From Takakia lepidozioides (Eukaryota; Plantae; Bryophyta): 64,000 nt of DNA. The position numbers were made by a program, and so were the translations under genes. The notes beneath the pieces are model-generated. The model did not search any database. It saw only the letters and a list, made by a program, of their open reading frames with translations, and was not told where the DNA came from. Within the stretch, counting starts at the first letter, position 1, and every line of letters begins with the position of its first letter. This document shows, piece after piece, positions 12,657 through 24,216 of the stretch. Location of the stretch: assembly GCA_030704615.1 (NCBI GenBank), contig CM060734.1, positions 58,528,001-58,592,000 on the forward strand, given 5' to 3'.

Positions 12657-13388
12657 CTTTCTACGTCCGACACAATCTCCGAGCCTCACTCCAAGGTGAT
12701 CGATAAGAAGATCTGTAGGCAGATGACGGCAAGCTCTCGCTATAAACGAGCAATGGCTTGGAGTGCAAGGCAAGCCATCCTCTGGTCGGTGCTACGTATA
12801 TATAAAGAAATACACACCTCTAGGTCGGTACCTACTGTACCAAACACAAGTATGTATTATAAATTAGCTTGCGTATGATCTACGCTCGCGAGTTCTAATT
12901 TTGTCTTCCTATTTCACCGAAGATGATCTGGCAATCTAATGTATGTCTTTGAACAAAGCACACACACAAATCAATTGGTAACTTGAGCTCATGCAGACAT
13001 CCCTTGATACATCTGCATGAATCTTCCATTCTCCTAAACTCTCTAGATTGCTGGAAGAACTTACTACAAAATTATCATTTGGACGTGAGCAGATGTCCCT
13101 GATCACATTATGACTATGAACCAGTTTCAATTTTGAGACAGGTTTGGTTTGATGGATGTTTGAATAAAGTAAGTACTCTTCATTGAACTAAGAGGTGAAT
13201 CAGTCCCGAATCAGTACAAGGTCATTTGATAATCAGCGAAGAAATGTCGCACTTCGATTGCGCCACCCTCTGTCGCCTGGGCGAGATCAAGTGCTAGAAC
13301 ATACATTAGCCCTGATTGTAGTGTTCTTACTGCGGTTCGTTTTGTGTTTTTGGTGTGTGGTGGAGCAACATCGAAGATCTTCTAAAGG

Positions 13389-14441
13389 TCACCTTATTTT
13401 TGTCTCCCAGTTGAGTTCATAGGTACCTTCGATGAGCTCAAACTTTCTACTTCTGCGATTATTGTCCGGGCCAGTCCACGGGAAAACTGTGTCTCCCCAC
13501 GCAGCTGTCATTACATCATAAAGACCGACGTCAGGATCCCAAAGAGCAGGCTTGAAGGCAATGAATCTGTCTCCACTCACCACCTCATAATCCTGGGAGG
13601 AAGACTGCTTGTGTGTTTCTGTTCTTTAGAAACAATCTTTTGAAAAGATGGTCAGGCATCAGGCCATTCTGCACTGGGCCATAGGAGCCTGTGGGGGGGG
13701 GGCCGTCTGGATTGAGGAGAACTTCAACAACCAGAATTTGATCGCATTTAGAATTTCTTCCGGATGTGGTGCTGTCAGATATGTCTGACGGCAAGTCTCA
13801 AGGTATGCTCAACCTACCGGTGGCTGGATTGTATCTAACTGAAAGAGACCAGGCTGCAACAATGCTGAGGTCGGTTGCTGCGGAATGCATGGCGTCGATG
13901 AGTGGATTAACTCCGGAAGAGGAGCTGGCTGTTCTACAGTTGCTTCTTTCCTGCTTTGCCAACACCTATGATCTGGAGGTTTGTTTACATTGAAACATGC
14001 CTATCCGGTTCTGCTTTGCTTGAACAAGTGGTATCTTCAACAGATGTCACTGAGGGGATCAGTACGAGTGATGGCGAACACTTTATCTGCACCGGCTCTC
14101 ACTACCTTGGGAGGTTCCACAGGCGCTGTGATCTGAGACGCTCCCAAAAAGAAAAATCGAAGATCAGTCTTTGGCGCCTACTCTTACTTACATTGAAGTA
14201 TATGACAGCTGGGTTTTTCTGATCTCTAAGGGCATAGGGTCGCGGACGGATTCTTAGTCCTCCCATGTATACTCCATAGTTGATGACGGCACATCCTGTG
14301 CGCCCGCCCATGGCTTTGTATGCATTTCTAGCATACTGGAGTGTGTCAAAATGGGTCCAATTCCGCTCCTTTGAAGAATACACAGCCAAAACCATCTCAT
14401 CTATGGGTTGCCTTGGGTTTACTGCTTGAATATGTTCATAC
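13389..14441 (-). pseudogene. Truncated duplicate of the 3' end of the F-box-like gene
   Basis: Matches 19127-19880 but has frameshifts and a 293-bp insertion at 13768-14060. Confidence 0.9.
13768..14060 (+). other. Captured filler DNA with an exon-like fragment from another gene
   Basis: Absent from the paralogous site (ccggatgt|agtacgag at 19497/19498), with no TSD. Open frame ...LPVAGLYLTERDQAATMLRSVAAECM...TYDLE followed by a donor-like gtttgt. Confidence 0.7.
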
Positions 14442-14443
14442 TG

Positions 14444-14677
14444 CAGTAGCACCTTCATCTCTCTTCTCTTTGCTTGTAGTCATATGGGTCTAGTGGATGA
14501 AGGCCGTCAGTTGTTTGACTCCATGAGTATTTATGGCCTCACACATACGGTGGCGCATTTTGGCTGCATGGTGGATCTTCTTGGCCGTGCAGGGCAGCTG
14601 GATGAGGCGAGGGACCTTATTACCCAAATGCCAATGGATCCAGATGCTACGGTGTGCGTGCCTTGCTCGGTGCCTGC
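14444..14677 (+). pseudogene. PPR L2-S2-E1 fragment copied from paralog 2
   Basis: Near-identical to 9050-9283 ([15 protein letters not shown]...[13 protein letters not shown]). Confidence 0.9.
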
Positions 14678-16194
14678 TGCAATTGTCACCTGTAGGTCGA
14701 AATCACTGTCATTTGCTGACATTTCGAGTACATCTAGACTGGTTCCAATCTCTCTTGGATAGATACCTGCAATGGACAAAGCTCAAACAAGCAATATTCC
14801 CTTCGCAATTCTGCTCTGATCCTTCCTCACACGTAAATACTTCTTTTGAGTCTTCTGGTGCTAACAGGGATAGAGCAGCCAGTTTGCATTAGTAATGGTT
14901 TGTCTCAGTGTAGGACCTGCATGACCAGCTTTTGCATCACCTTACATGGACCTTACATGGCAAGCTCCTGCGGCATTTAACCCATTCATATCAAAGCCAC
15001 TTAGATTGAATGACTGCCGAATTTGGAACGCGGGCGAATTAGAATTTAGAACAGCACCAAGTTGCAAAAACTTCTGTTATCAGACTTTTAAAGGGGATCT
15101 ACTTTACTTCCAAGCTCCACAAAGGCAAGACTCAATATTGTTGGCCATTGCATAGGGCATTTAAAATTATGTGCAGATAGGGAACACCCAAGCTGAACAA
15201 GAAACTCCTGGAAAATGTACTGCAGCCTAAATGGGTAAAGGCATGCGTTTAAGTTGAGCAGTAGCACACACATTGGTTCCAGCCGTCTGTCCAGGCGTTC
15301 TGCACTTGAATTTGCAAACCGTGCCCAAGTATCTCCTTCATCACTGTGCATGATTCTGCCTTTGTTGCACTCTGCTTGATTACACTCCTGCTTCCCAGCA
15401 CTAGAGGGATCTGCACCTTATGCTGTTGCAAGCATTCACTGCAAATCGGAGAGGCATCTTCCTTCAATCAAATCCCAAAGTCCTTGGTGAAGCACTGAAG
15501 CCAACTAGATATTTTCAGAAGGTTTCCCATGACTTCAATACTCACATTTGAACTATAATCATCAACACGGTTGTCATTAAGGTCCTGACTATTGCACTTC
15601 CGGACACCAGTCATTTCCTTCCAGGTTACAATGCTTCAATAACGACAACCACCCTCATATTTGAAAAACACACTTGTCTTCCATCTTGCATGTTGGTGGC
15701 GTCACCACTAATCTCCACAAGAGCAAAACCCATCTTGAGATGAACTTGGTGCCGGTATGACATGATGCGAATATGTGTCCCAGGGGGCGTATTGATGATC
15801 CCAAAAGCAATGGCAAGCTTCTCACTGTGGTAGCCAAGAGAAATTTCCTTTTGCTCCTCCTCTACATCATGCAATGCAAAACGTTTGTCAGGCACATATC
15901 CAGCCTCCTTCATCTGCCCAGACAATCTCTCCAACTTAGCATGGATCTCCTTGATTTGTGGATGCAATTTGTCTTCTACAACAAATTCATGCACCTGGTT
16001 GTTCACCTCAATCCAACTGCGCCCAGGCTCCTTTCTAACACCTCTATCCTTCATCATCTGTCTGACCTTCTCTTTGTCATCCCACCTGCCAGCCACAGCA
16101 TAGATGTTTGATAGCAGCACATAAGCTGCAGATTGCTCTGGATCCAACATGAGAATACATTTTGCAGCACGTTCTGCTAGCTTCAGATCGCCAT
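14678..16194 (-). pseudogene. Inverted copy of the paralog 2 E-DYW region and downstream flank
   Basis: Reverse complement of about 9290-10965. The DYW segment (about 15700-16194) has deletions removing most of KNLRVCGDC and RDASRFHHF. Confidence 0.92.
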
Positions 16195-17205
16195 TCATTA
16201 CAGAGAGACCACACAAGACAATTGTACAAGAGAGGAACGGTTCCGCCAGGGGGACGTGAAAAACAAAAGGAAAGCAAATCATAGTCCTTGTGATTAACTC
16301 AAGCCTGTCGCGTGTCACATCACACTTTTGCGGAAGGGAGTGGGTAAGAGAGAGCTGAAAGGCAAGATGAAGCCATGCCAGCTACGTCTGCCCGCAGTGT
16401 AGACATGGCTTGTACTCAGTTGCATGTTGTCTAACTGACGCTGAAACATCGAAAAATCCCCACTGCAGACGGTGCATCCTTAGGCCGAAAGCTACCAAGG
16501 CGGGCGGTTCCTGCCTGGAGGGGCCAATCGAGAAAGCAAATCCGATCTGAAGTGACAATCAATCACTTGTAAAAGCTCTGCAGATTTTCCTGCCTATGAC
16601 CACCCTTGTGAAGTCGATAACTATTTGCATCACTCCCTTCGATGACAAATCAAAAGCGCTCAGAATGTTTCTATTGTAGCTCTGGAGATAAGGCATACGA
16701 TCAGCTCTGTATTCACATCGACATCCATTCAAATGATCATGGAAGCACAGCTGTACAATCAAGTCCCGCTTTATTCATTGTAATAGAGGAGTCCAGTTCT
16801 AGAATTCAGCTCAACTGAAAACTAAGCTTCACATGGGATTGTAGGAGCATACAGATAATGTCAAGTATGTCCACAAATGCCCCACATGAAGGATCACGTA
16901 GTTAACGCAGGTTCAGCCAAGGCTCTAGGCAAGCAAACAGGCCTTGCTCTATGTACTATAAAGCGACAGAAAAAGCCATCGAAGCTCTTAACGCACACGA
17001 TACCAGCTCCAAGTGACTCTTGACAACCAAAGCTCATTGTACCAGGCTACGAAGCAACTTATACTTGTTGCTGTTAGTATCTAATGTACGCTGCTCAACA
17101 GGTTGAGCACTCGCGTCTAAAAAGTAAGAGGTAAAGACGGACTTTCGGTCTGAGGACCCCTGAGGACTCGTGTCCATGTGACGGGGGAGAAGTAGAGTTG
17201 CCGGG

Positions 17206-17847
17206 CTATTCCTTGATGGGCACAACATCACCAAGAACCATAGCTTCTAGTGCTTCCTCTGTTGCTTCCACTGCTGCAGCGATTGTGGGACTTGGCTGGG
17301 TCTCAGGCTGGTCAACAGCGGCCTCAGCCGCAGGCTGGGGATCGAATGGACTACTGATGGGATGCACACTCGGGGGAGCTGAGTGAGGACGACGAGGATG
17401 ACACAAAGCTGCAGATCGACAGCGATGGTGCTTCATGTGCTTCTTATGCAAATGCCGTCTTCCATGGAAAAAGATGGGCGGAGGTGAGAAAGCCCTCACA
17501 ATTGGTGCCATCGGAGTGGAAGGTCCACAATCTTTAGGACCATCAAGCGAACTGGGTGGGCAGGGCATGGCACCACGAGCGGAGCCATGTTCACGGCCAT
17601 GACCGTGGCCATGGTGGTGGCGATGTCTGTGGTGGCCACCGTGCTTCACACGGTGGCCAAGGTGATGATGAAAGCCGTGGCCTCGCAAGCCACCATGCCG
17701 GCCAGACCCATCTAAGGAAAACACCGTAGCATCCACCCCGTCGACACCAGAAGCCATGGCGAGCCTCTCTGAAGCCTCAGTACCCAGCGAGAAGAAGAGA
17801 AAACGCTTGTGAGATTTAGCCATCTCTCTAAACGACCCACCTCCCAT
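17206..17847 (-). CDS. His/Gly-rich hypothetical protein, copy 2
   Basis: Duplicate of 12015-12656 with four amino-acid differences and an intact frame. Confidence 0.5.
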   Translation of the reverse strand: MGGGSFREMAKSHKRFLFFSLGTEASERLAMASGVDGVDATVFSLDGSGRHGGLRGHGFHHHLGHRVKHGGHHRHRHHHGHGHGREHGSARGAMPCPPSSLDGPKDCGPSTPMAPIVRAFSPPPIFFHGRRHLHKKHMKHHRCRSAALCHPRRPHSAPPSVHPISSPFDPQPAAEAAVDQPETQPSPTIAAAVEATEEALEAMVLGDVVPIKE

Positions 17848-17998
17848 CTTTCTACGTCCGACACAATCTCCAAGCCTCACTCCAAGGTGATCGATAAGAA
17901 GATCTGTAGGCAGATGACGGCAAGCTCTCGCTATAAACGAGCAATGGCTTGGAGTGCAAGGCAAGCCATCCTCTGGTCGGTGGTGCTTACGTATATAC

Positions 17999-18571
17999 CA
18001 GTGTTGGTCGGTTATCAGGGACCCTCAGGTTATTTGTCGGGTGAGGGTAACTATAGCCGAAGGTTATGAGCATAAAAGAGAACCGTGGACACTGAACACC
18101 ACCAGTACTGCACAACTCAAATACCTGGAGCAACACCCTAAACATGTGAGTGAATAGCATATGAAGACATAGAACCGACCCGGATGTCTTTTAAGTGGAC
18201 GGAAGCGGTTATAGTAGCTATGGTTTGGTGGCAAATTGTAGTTTTCTTTTGGTATCCTTTTTTCACTATGTACATTGAGGTTGAAACGGCACATTGAACC
18301 TGAGCGATAGGTTCTGCAGCCTGCCTAGAGTATTTCAATTATATCCGATGGTAGGCAGGTTATATTTTGGTTACAACAAAGACCCGACTTGAAATGAATC
18401 GGCAAATAACCTGACCACACATATTGTTCAAATTTTCATAACGGTAACCTGCAAATAACCTTCATTCAATGTGCATATTTCACCTAGAACCGGAGGTTAT
18501 TACTGCGTTGAGTCAACTTGTATAACCTGAACCTCATGAGCTTTGAAAAAAATGATAACCAACCAACACTG
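17999..18571. mobile_element. Non-autonomous hAT element (MITE)
   Basis: TIRs CAGTGTTGGTCGGTTATCA and TGATAACCAACCAACACTG (1 mismatch in 19). 8-bp TSD GTATATAC at 17991-17998 and 18572-18579. Absent from the duplicated copy. Confidence 0.95.
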
Positions 18572-19126
18572 GTATATACACACCTCTAGGTAGGTACCTA
18601 CTGTACCAAACACAAGTATGTATTATAAATTAGCTTGCGTATGATCTACGCTCGCGAGTTCTAATTTTGTCTTCCTTTCTTTCACCGAAGATGATCTGGC
18701 AATCTAATGTATGTCTTTGAACAAAGCACACACACAAATCAATTGGTAACTTGAGCTCTTGATACATCTGCATGAATCTTCCATTCTCCTAAACTCTCTA
18801 GATTGCTGGAAGAACTTACTACAAAACTATCATTTGGACGTGAGCAGATGTCCCTGATCATCACATTATGACTATGAACCAGTTTCAATTTGAGACAGGT
18901 TTGGTTTGATGGATGTTTAAATTAAGTAAGTACGCTTCAAAACTAAGAGGTGAATCAGTACAAGGTCATTTGATAATCAGCGTAAAAATGTCCGATTGCG
19001 CCACCCTCTGTCACCTGGGCGAGATCAAGTGCTAGAACATACATTAGCCCTGATTCTGGTGTTCTTACTGCGGTTCGATTTGTGTTTTTGGTGTGTGGTG
19101 GAGCAACATCGAAGATCTTCTAAAGG

Positions 19127-22100
19127 TCACCTTATTTTTGTCTCCCAGCTGAGTTCATAGGTACCTTCGATGAGCTCAAACTTTCTACTTCTGCGATTAT
19201 TGTCCGGGCCAGCCCACGGGAAAACTGTGACTCCCCACGCAGCTGTCATTACATCATAAAGACCGACGTCAGGATCCCAAAGAGCAGGCTTGAAGGCAAT
19301 GAATCTGTCTCCACTCACCACCTCATAATCCTGGGAGGAAGACTGCTTGTGTGTTTCTGTTCTAAACAATCTCTTGAAAAGATGGTCAGGCATCAGGCCA
19401 TTCGGCACTGGGCCATAGGAGCCTGTGGGGGTGCCGTCTGGATTGAGGAGAACTTCAACAACCAGAATTTGATCGCATTTAGAATTTCTTCCGGATGTAG
19501 TACGAGTGATGGCGAACACTTTATCTGCACCGGCTCTCACTACCTTGGGAGGTTCCACAGGCGCTGTGATCTGAGACGCTCCCAAAACAGAAAAATCGAA
19601 GATCAGTCTTTGGCGCCTACTCTTACTTACATTGAAGTATATGACAGCTGGGTTTTTCTGATCTCTAAGGGCATAGGGTCGCGGACGGATTCTTAGTCCT
19701 CCCATGTATACTCCATAGTTGATGACGGCACATCCTGCGCGCCCGCCCATGGCTTTGTATGCGTTTCTAGCATACTGGAGTGTGTCAAAATGGGTCCAAT
19801 TCCGCTCCTTTGAAGAATACACAGCCAAAACCATCTCATCTATGGGTCGCCTTGGGTGTACTGCTTGAATACGTTCATACGTGGATATGGCAACTGGATC
19901 GTGGTTATTTAGAACATGTCCCAGAACAATGAGACGGTACCTCGAGCGTGATGCATCTGCAAAACTGAAGCATGCGACCTTGTCTTCGAGTATCTTATTA
20001 GGAATGGGGGGCAATATTGCGAACTCTTTGGTGAGAACGTTGGCAACGATCACCACTGATTGTCCCCTTACGGAGTCGAATTCTGGTCGAGACCAATGCG
20101 CTGGGACAGTACCAGTGCTAGGTTGCAAAAACTGTGTCCCGCCATCCATTACGAAAAGGCCATTGCTTGCAGCGATGACACGATCCACAAAGCCTGGAAT
20201 GAACGCTAGACTGGGCAAGAATACCCAATCGTAATATCGGCCAGCTTCCCGACGCGTCTGGGACAGATCATGATCGAATCCGTACATCAAGTGTCCTGGC
20301 CGGTTCTTCACGAGTATGACTGGAAAATATCGCTGGTACTTTCTTAGCGCAGGATCCGCAAATGAGGAGGCTGTCCAAATTGGAACTCTGGCATCGACAT
20401 GAAATCTCTCTAAGGCTCGATCCCTCTCTACTGTTAGGTTTGGGAGGTCCATGTTGATCCAGGCGGTGTCCAATTTCTCTACTGGAATCCTAGTCATAAC
20501 AGCACTTCGTACGCTGGCAGGCAGGTTATTACCCCACCCAATGCCTGCATCATGAGAAGAAATATAATCGACAAGTGGTAGGGCTGCTGCTAAAACACTT
20601 GCATCCTGCTCAGGACTAGGATCCGTTGAAGCCAAAGAATCCGAAGACTCGGTTTCGGTTGCAGGCTCAGGTGTTTTTTCTCGAAGTGGATTCATGACTT
20701 GTGGGTTGGAAGGATCCGCGACGTTGTCAGTTCGCTGACGTTTAGAAGGATTAGTGTCGGCTGGTGGCGACCCTGGTGGTTCCGGAGAGGCTCTAGATCG
20801 AGAGCCGGGTGGACTGTTGATATATTCAGGAACGGTGCTTTCTACACACGTTACACAAGCTGTGGTATCAGGCTCAGGGCCACCTTCGCAAGAGTAGACC
20901 GGTGGAGATACTAAGGGAAGTTGCTGAGTGGGATCTGTCATATATGCCCTCAGCGGTACCGTCTCTATGTTTTGGTTTACAGGAACCTGCGAAAGAGGCT
21001 GGTCCGTCTCCAAGGTGTCTACCAATTCATCTAAAGTGACGGCTGCAGAGGTGAGCTGCATCCACACCCTATCCATCACGTCACTTGCAATTGACGCTGG
21101 TGTGGAGGCCGCGTCCGTCATCACTGTATCTATTATGGCATTTACTCTCCTGGATGGAGAAGATCGAGTGGGCATCGAAGTGTCGACGTACGTTGCAGAG
21201 GTTGACGCTGCTGCATGATGAGACGGGTCCATCATCGTGGTGTCTATCCGATTTAAGTCATTTCCAGTTATCGGTTGAGCAGGTACTGCGCTTGACGTGG
21301 TGGCAGTGGTGGCCCTTACAGCCACCTCCTGCTCATCGGGATCAACCAACACCGTTTCGATCCATGCTACGTCTTCAGCTGACTGTAGCTCTGCGCTGCA
21401 TCCACACGTGTTTGGAGGCAACAATGCCTGCTCCACGTCGTCACCTTCCGTAAGCAAGGCCACGAAACCTTGTGCTGGTAACTGATTATCTGCGGAAGCT
21501 TGTGCCCCATCACCACTGTTGAGTTCACGTGGTGATGGAGAGGCTCTGGGAGCTGACTGGGCTGTTGGAAATCTGGACAAAGCACCACTGCTATCTACTT
21601 CAATTTCAAGTAAGTGGTCGGCGACTCCATCCTGATCAAGACGACGATCCCATTCTGGAAGGGCGATGGTATCAGTCCCTGGGCTACGTGGTGTACGAGG
21701 CTCCTCCTCAAGTGCAACAGTCTCATTATCATCCCTAGACGTTTGCAACCCTTGGTGACTTGATGAGACCGAAGCGGTACTACCTTGCCTCTGTAAAAGT
21801 GGACGATTTGGACTTGGCGGTGGCCGAGAATTCTCATCAGCGTGGTCATCGTCTTGTAGGTTAAAGGCATTAAGCACGCCGTTGTAGAAATCTTCCAGTT
21901 CCGGAACAGGGGCCCTTGTAACATGAGCTCCACTTACGTAACTCTGAAGGGGCATGTCCTGAAACGGGTCAGCCCTACTTAGATGACCAAGAAGATCCAG
22001 GTCAGCTCTACTGAAGCCAAGCTGCTCAGCTGGGTCCAACGGCACTGGCCATGGCACAGTGTCTGGCTGGGGCAAAACACAAGCAACCATCTGATTACAG

Positions 22101-22213
22101 GCATCATTGTATGCATTAACCTCGGCACTTACTTCAGCAAGTTCCTCGGCAATTTGCTTGCGAGTCACCGAACGCGAGGTACTATCAGTACTTCCAGACG
22201 ATCCCGAGGCCAT
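19127..22213 (-). CDS. Intronless F-box-like protein (1028 aa) with a long disordered acidic N-terminus and a C-terminal F-box-associated/kelch-like region
   Basis: Degenerate F-box WGNNLPASVRSAVMTRIPVEKL, then the plant F-box-associated signatures WVFLPSLAFIP, VIAASNGLFV, VIVANVLTKEFAILPPIP and VYSSKERNW. Confidence 0.7.
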   Translation of the reverse strand: MASGSSGSTDSTSRSVTRKQIAEELAEVSAEVNAYNDACNQMVACVLPQPDTVPWPVPLDPAEQLGFSRADLDLLGHLSRADPFQDMPLQSYVSGAHVTRAPVPELEDFYNGVLNAFNLQDDDHADENSRPPPSPNRPLLQRQGSTASVSSSHQGLQTSRDDNETVALEEEPRTPRSPGTDTIALPEWDRRLDQDGVADHLLEIEVDSSGALSRFPTAQSAPRASPSPRELNSGDGAQASADNQLPAQGFVALLTEGDDVEQALLPPNTCGCSAELQSAEDVAWIETVLVDPDEQEVAVRATTATTSSAVPAQPITGNDLNRIDTTMMDPSHHAAASTSATYVDTSMPTRSSPSRRVNAIIDTVMTDAASTPASIASDVMDRVWMQLTSAAVTLDELVDTLETDQPLSQVPVNQNIETVPLRAYMTDPTQQLPLVSPPVYSCEGGPEPDTTACVTCVESTVPEYINSPPGSRSRASPEPPGSPPADTNPSKRQRTDNVADPSNPQVMNPLREKTPEPATETESSDSLASTDPSPEQDASVLAAALPLVDYISSHDAGIGWGNNLPASVRSAVMTRIPVEKLDTAWINMDLPNLTVERDRALERFHVDARVPIWTASSFADPALRKYQRYFPVILVKNRPGHLMYGFDHDLSQTRREAGRYYDWVFLPSLAFIPGFVDRVIAASNGLFVMDGGTQFLQPSTGTVPAHWSRPEFDSVRGQSVVIVANVLTKEFAILPPIPNKILEDKVACFSFADASRSRYRLIVLGHVLNNHDPVAISTYERIQAVHPRRPIDEMVLAVYSSKERNWTHFDTLQYARNAYKAMGGRAGCAVINYGVYMGGLRIRPRPYALRDQKNPAVIYFNVSKSRRQRLIFDFSVLGASQITAPVEPPKVVRAGADKVFAITRTTSGRNSKCDQILVVEVLLNPDGTPTGSYGPVPNGLMPDHLFKRLFRTETHKQSSSQDYEVVSGDRFIAFKPALWDPDVGLYDVMTAAWGVTVFPWAGPDNNRRSRKFELIEGTYELSWETKIR

Positions 22214-24110
22214 TGCAAGTGCAATAGCACGCGAGTGAATGATAGACTTGGATCGGTAGAACCATCACTGGGCTCCTTTCACCCAGTTACTCGAGCAACA
22301 TGTGTTGAATCTCTCTCTTGAAATACATAATGTTCAGTGACACATTCCTGAAAGGCAGTCCCTGCAGGAATCTCAAAATATTACCCTTGAGAAACTGTTA
22401 TGATCTTCTGATGAGCTAGCAGTTGATCAGTAGATCTATGGATTAGGAGAGCTCTTTGATTACTCCCTCTTGTCAGGCTCTACAGAGCTGGAAAACCAAG
22501 GAGATGGGTTATGAGAAATTTTGGCTGGATTTGCAGGATCCTGTAGTACTCACAAGTTATTTTGCAACAAGTCAAAAGATCAATTTGCAGTCTTGTTTGA
22601 AACTGAATACTCAAACGAATGTTTCTTGAACAACGTGAAATATTTGTAACTCTTGCACGTGTATTGTAGCAGAGTCAGCCATCACAGATTGTAACTGATT
22701 TAATATGTTATATATGCTTCTCAATCATATATTGGATGAGCACTAAGGCATGTATGACAGAACCTTGCACGAGAAGAAGTTGTGCCCTCAGAATCATGGA
22801 AATGATCTGAATATGCACTGTAACTTCTATAAATTTTACTTTCTGTTAGCATCATAGTTCAGAAGCATACAAAATCAATTGTATAGGATTGTACTCACAG
22901 TCTGATCTTGAGCCCAACAGCATTCTCTGACCTGAGATCATGCTTAGATGATTCGTGTGATCTTCAAAATCTCGATCAATGTGTGTCTCTTTGCAGCAAG
23001 AGGAAATCACATGATAAGATAGGACAAAAAACTTAAGACGTCCGAGATATGAAAACTTTATGGAATCCACAGAGTTACTGAGTGAGTTTGGATCAGAACA
23101 TAATACCTTTCGTTTTCCCTCCTAATGACTTCTGGCACTAGTAACGTGGAAGCCATCTACAAACAGTGTCCTTAGAAAGGTAGTAAAGCCAACCATGCCA
23201 ATACCACGGAGGTAGCTCAAAGTCTAATGTTCTTAGGCTCCTCACAAACAGCCGAACATCCAGCCCTGCAGGGTGCTCTCATTATGCGGCCATTCACATT
23301 CAGTGTTGTTCGCGAGCTAGATTGTTTCTACGAGGACTTCAAACTCTATTTGTTAAGTGTCCGCACCTCTTCGCCCAGCATGCACCTCTTCGTCATATGC
23401 ACCTCTTCATCCCGTACACGTTTCTGCATAGAGTTCGGTTATGAATGTTCCCGCATTGCAGAACGGATAGATGGTGCAGATCGCTGTAGACCATTGCCGC
23501 TAACTTTTTGTGGGTCCGCTCCCATTTCAGTTGGTGGATTGCCAGATTTACTAGATTCAGAGGAATTCTTATTTCACTTTGTAGATTTTTAGATCCAGGA
23601 GTTTCAGAAGAATTTCTTTGATTGAATTGCTACTGCATGATAGAACTTGAAGTCCGATTAAGGTCCAATTACTCTAGATTGTGGCATGTCTTGTGATTCC
23701 TCATTCATACCTCAAGCTGGTATTTTGTCTTCATTCTCCTGAGATTCTGATACAGTCAAATCAGCCAAAGAGATGGTTATCCTTCTCCAGGTACATGTTG
23801 ATGACCATGGAGTCAATATGTAACTTGCTATCAACATGTTAGTCCTTTTAGCCGTAAGGTCCAGTACTTCTGTTTTTCTCCAAAAAGGAAAAACGGAACC
23901 AAAACAGGTTGATTTTCCCTAGTTAAATCGTGTATCAGTACCGGAGTGTCAGCCTTATCACCTGTCCTACCAACCTCAAGGAGATCTTACTGATAAGATA
24001 TGTGTCTTCAGTGCTGCTACTCAGACATTGTCGCGATCGAACCACAGCCAGCTCGAGATGTACCCAAGAGTGTCGACAAACATTCCGGAGTGAGTCCCTC
24101 ACAAAGCTAG

Positions 24111-24198
24111 TTTCTGCTCCCTTTTGTTCCGCCCAAACTGGGCGCGGGGTCTATGGCCACAAGGCTACAGCAAACATCGTCTTATGAGTATATTCTCA
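24111..24198 (-). repeat. Short interspersed repeat, probably a truncated LINE/SINE 3' end, copy 1
   Basis: Matches 39290-39423 and contains the hairpin GCCCA-AAC-TGGGC. It lies about 20 nt past the paralog 3 stop codon. Confidence 0.6.
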
Positions 24199-24216
24199 TG
24201 TCGAATGCTGCTCATT

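Larger units (their letters stand above)
9050..19880. repeat. Tandem segmental duplication: unit 1 about 9050-14443, unit 2 about 14444-19880
   Basis: 14444-14677 matches 9050-9283; 16195-17990 matches 10981-12795; 18580-19497 matches 12814-13767; 19498-19880 matches 14061-14441. The junction gttcatac-tg-cagtagcacc at 14434-14453 joins F-box gene sequence to PPR paralog 2 sequence. Confidence 0.92.

Noticed and set aside
22400-23800. Coding-like sequence on the minus strand with three gaagaggtgc repeats
   Set aside because: Multiple stops and no recognisable domain.
24105-24145. Helitron 3' end (hairpin plus CTAG on the minus strand)
   Set aside because: CTAG is missing in the second copy and is not followed by T.
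24170-24200. Hammerhead-like CTTATGAG in the short repeat (and CTGATAAG near 54878)
   Set aside because: The core is not CUGANGA, and there is no matching GAAA with supporting stems.
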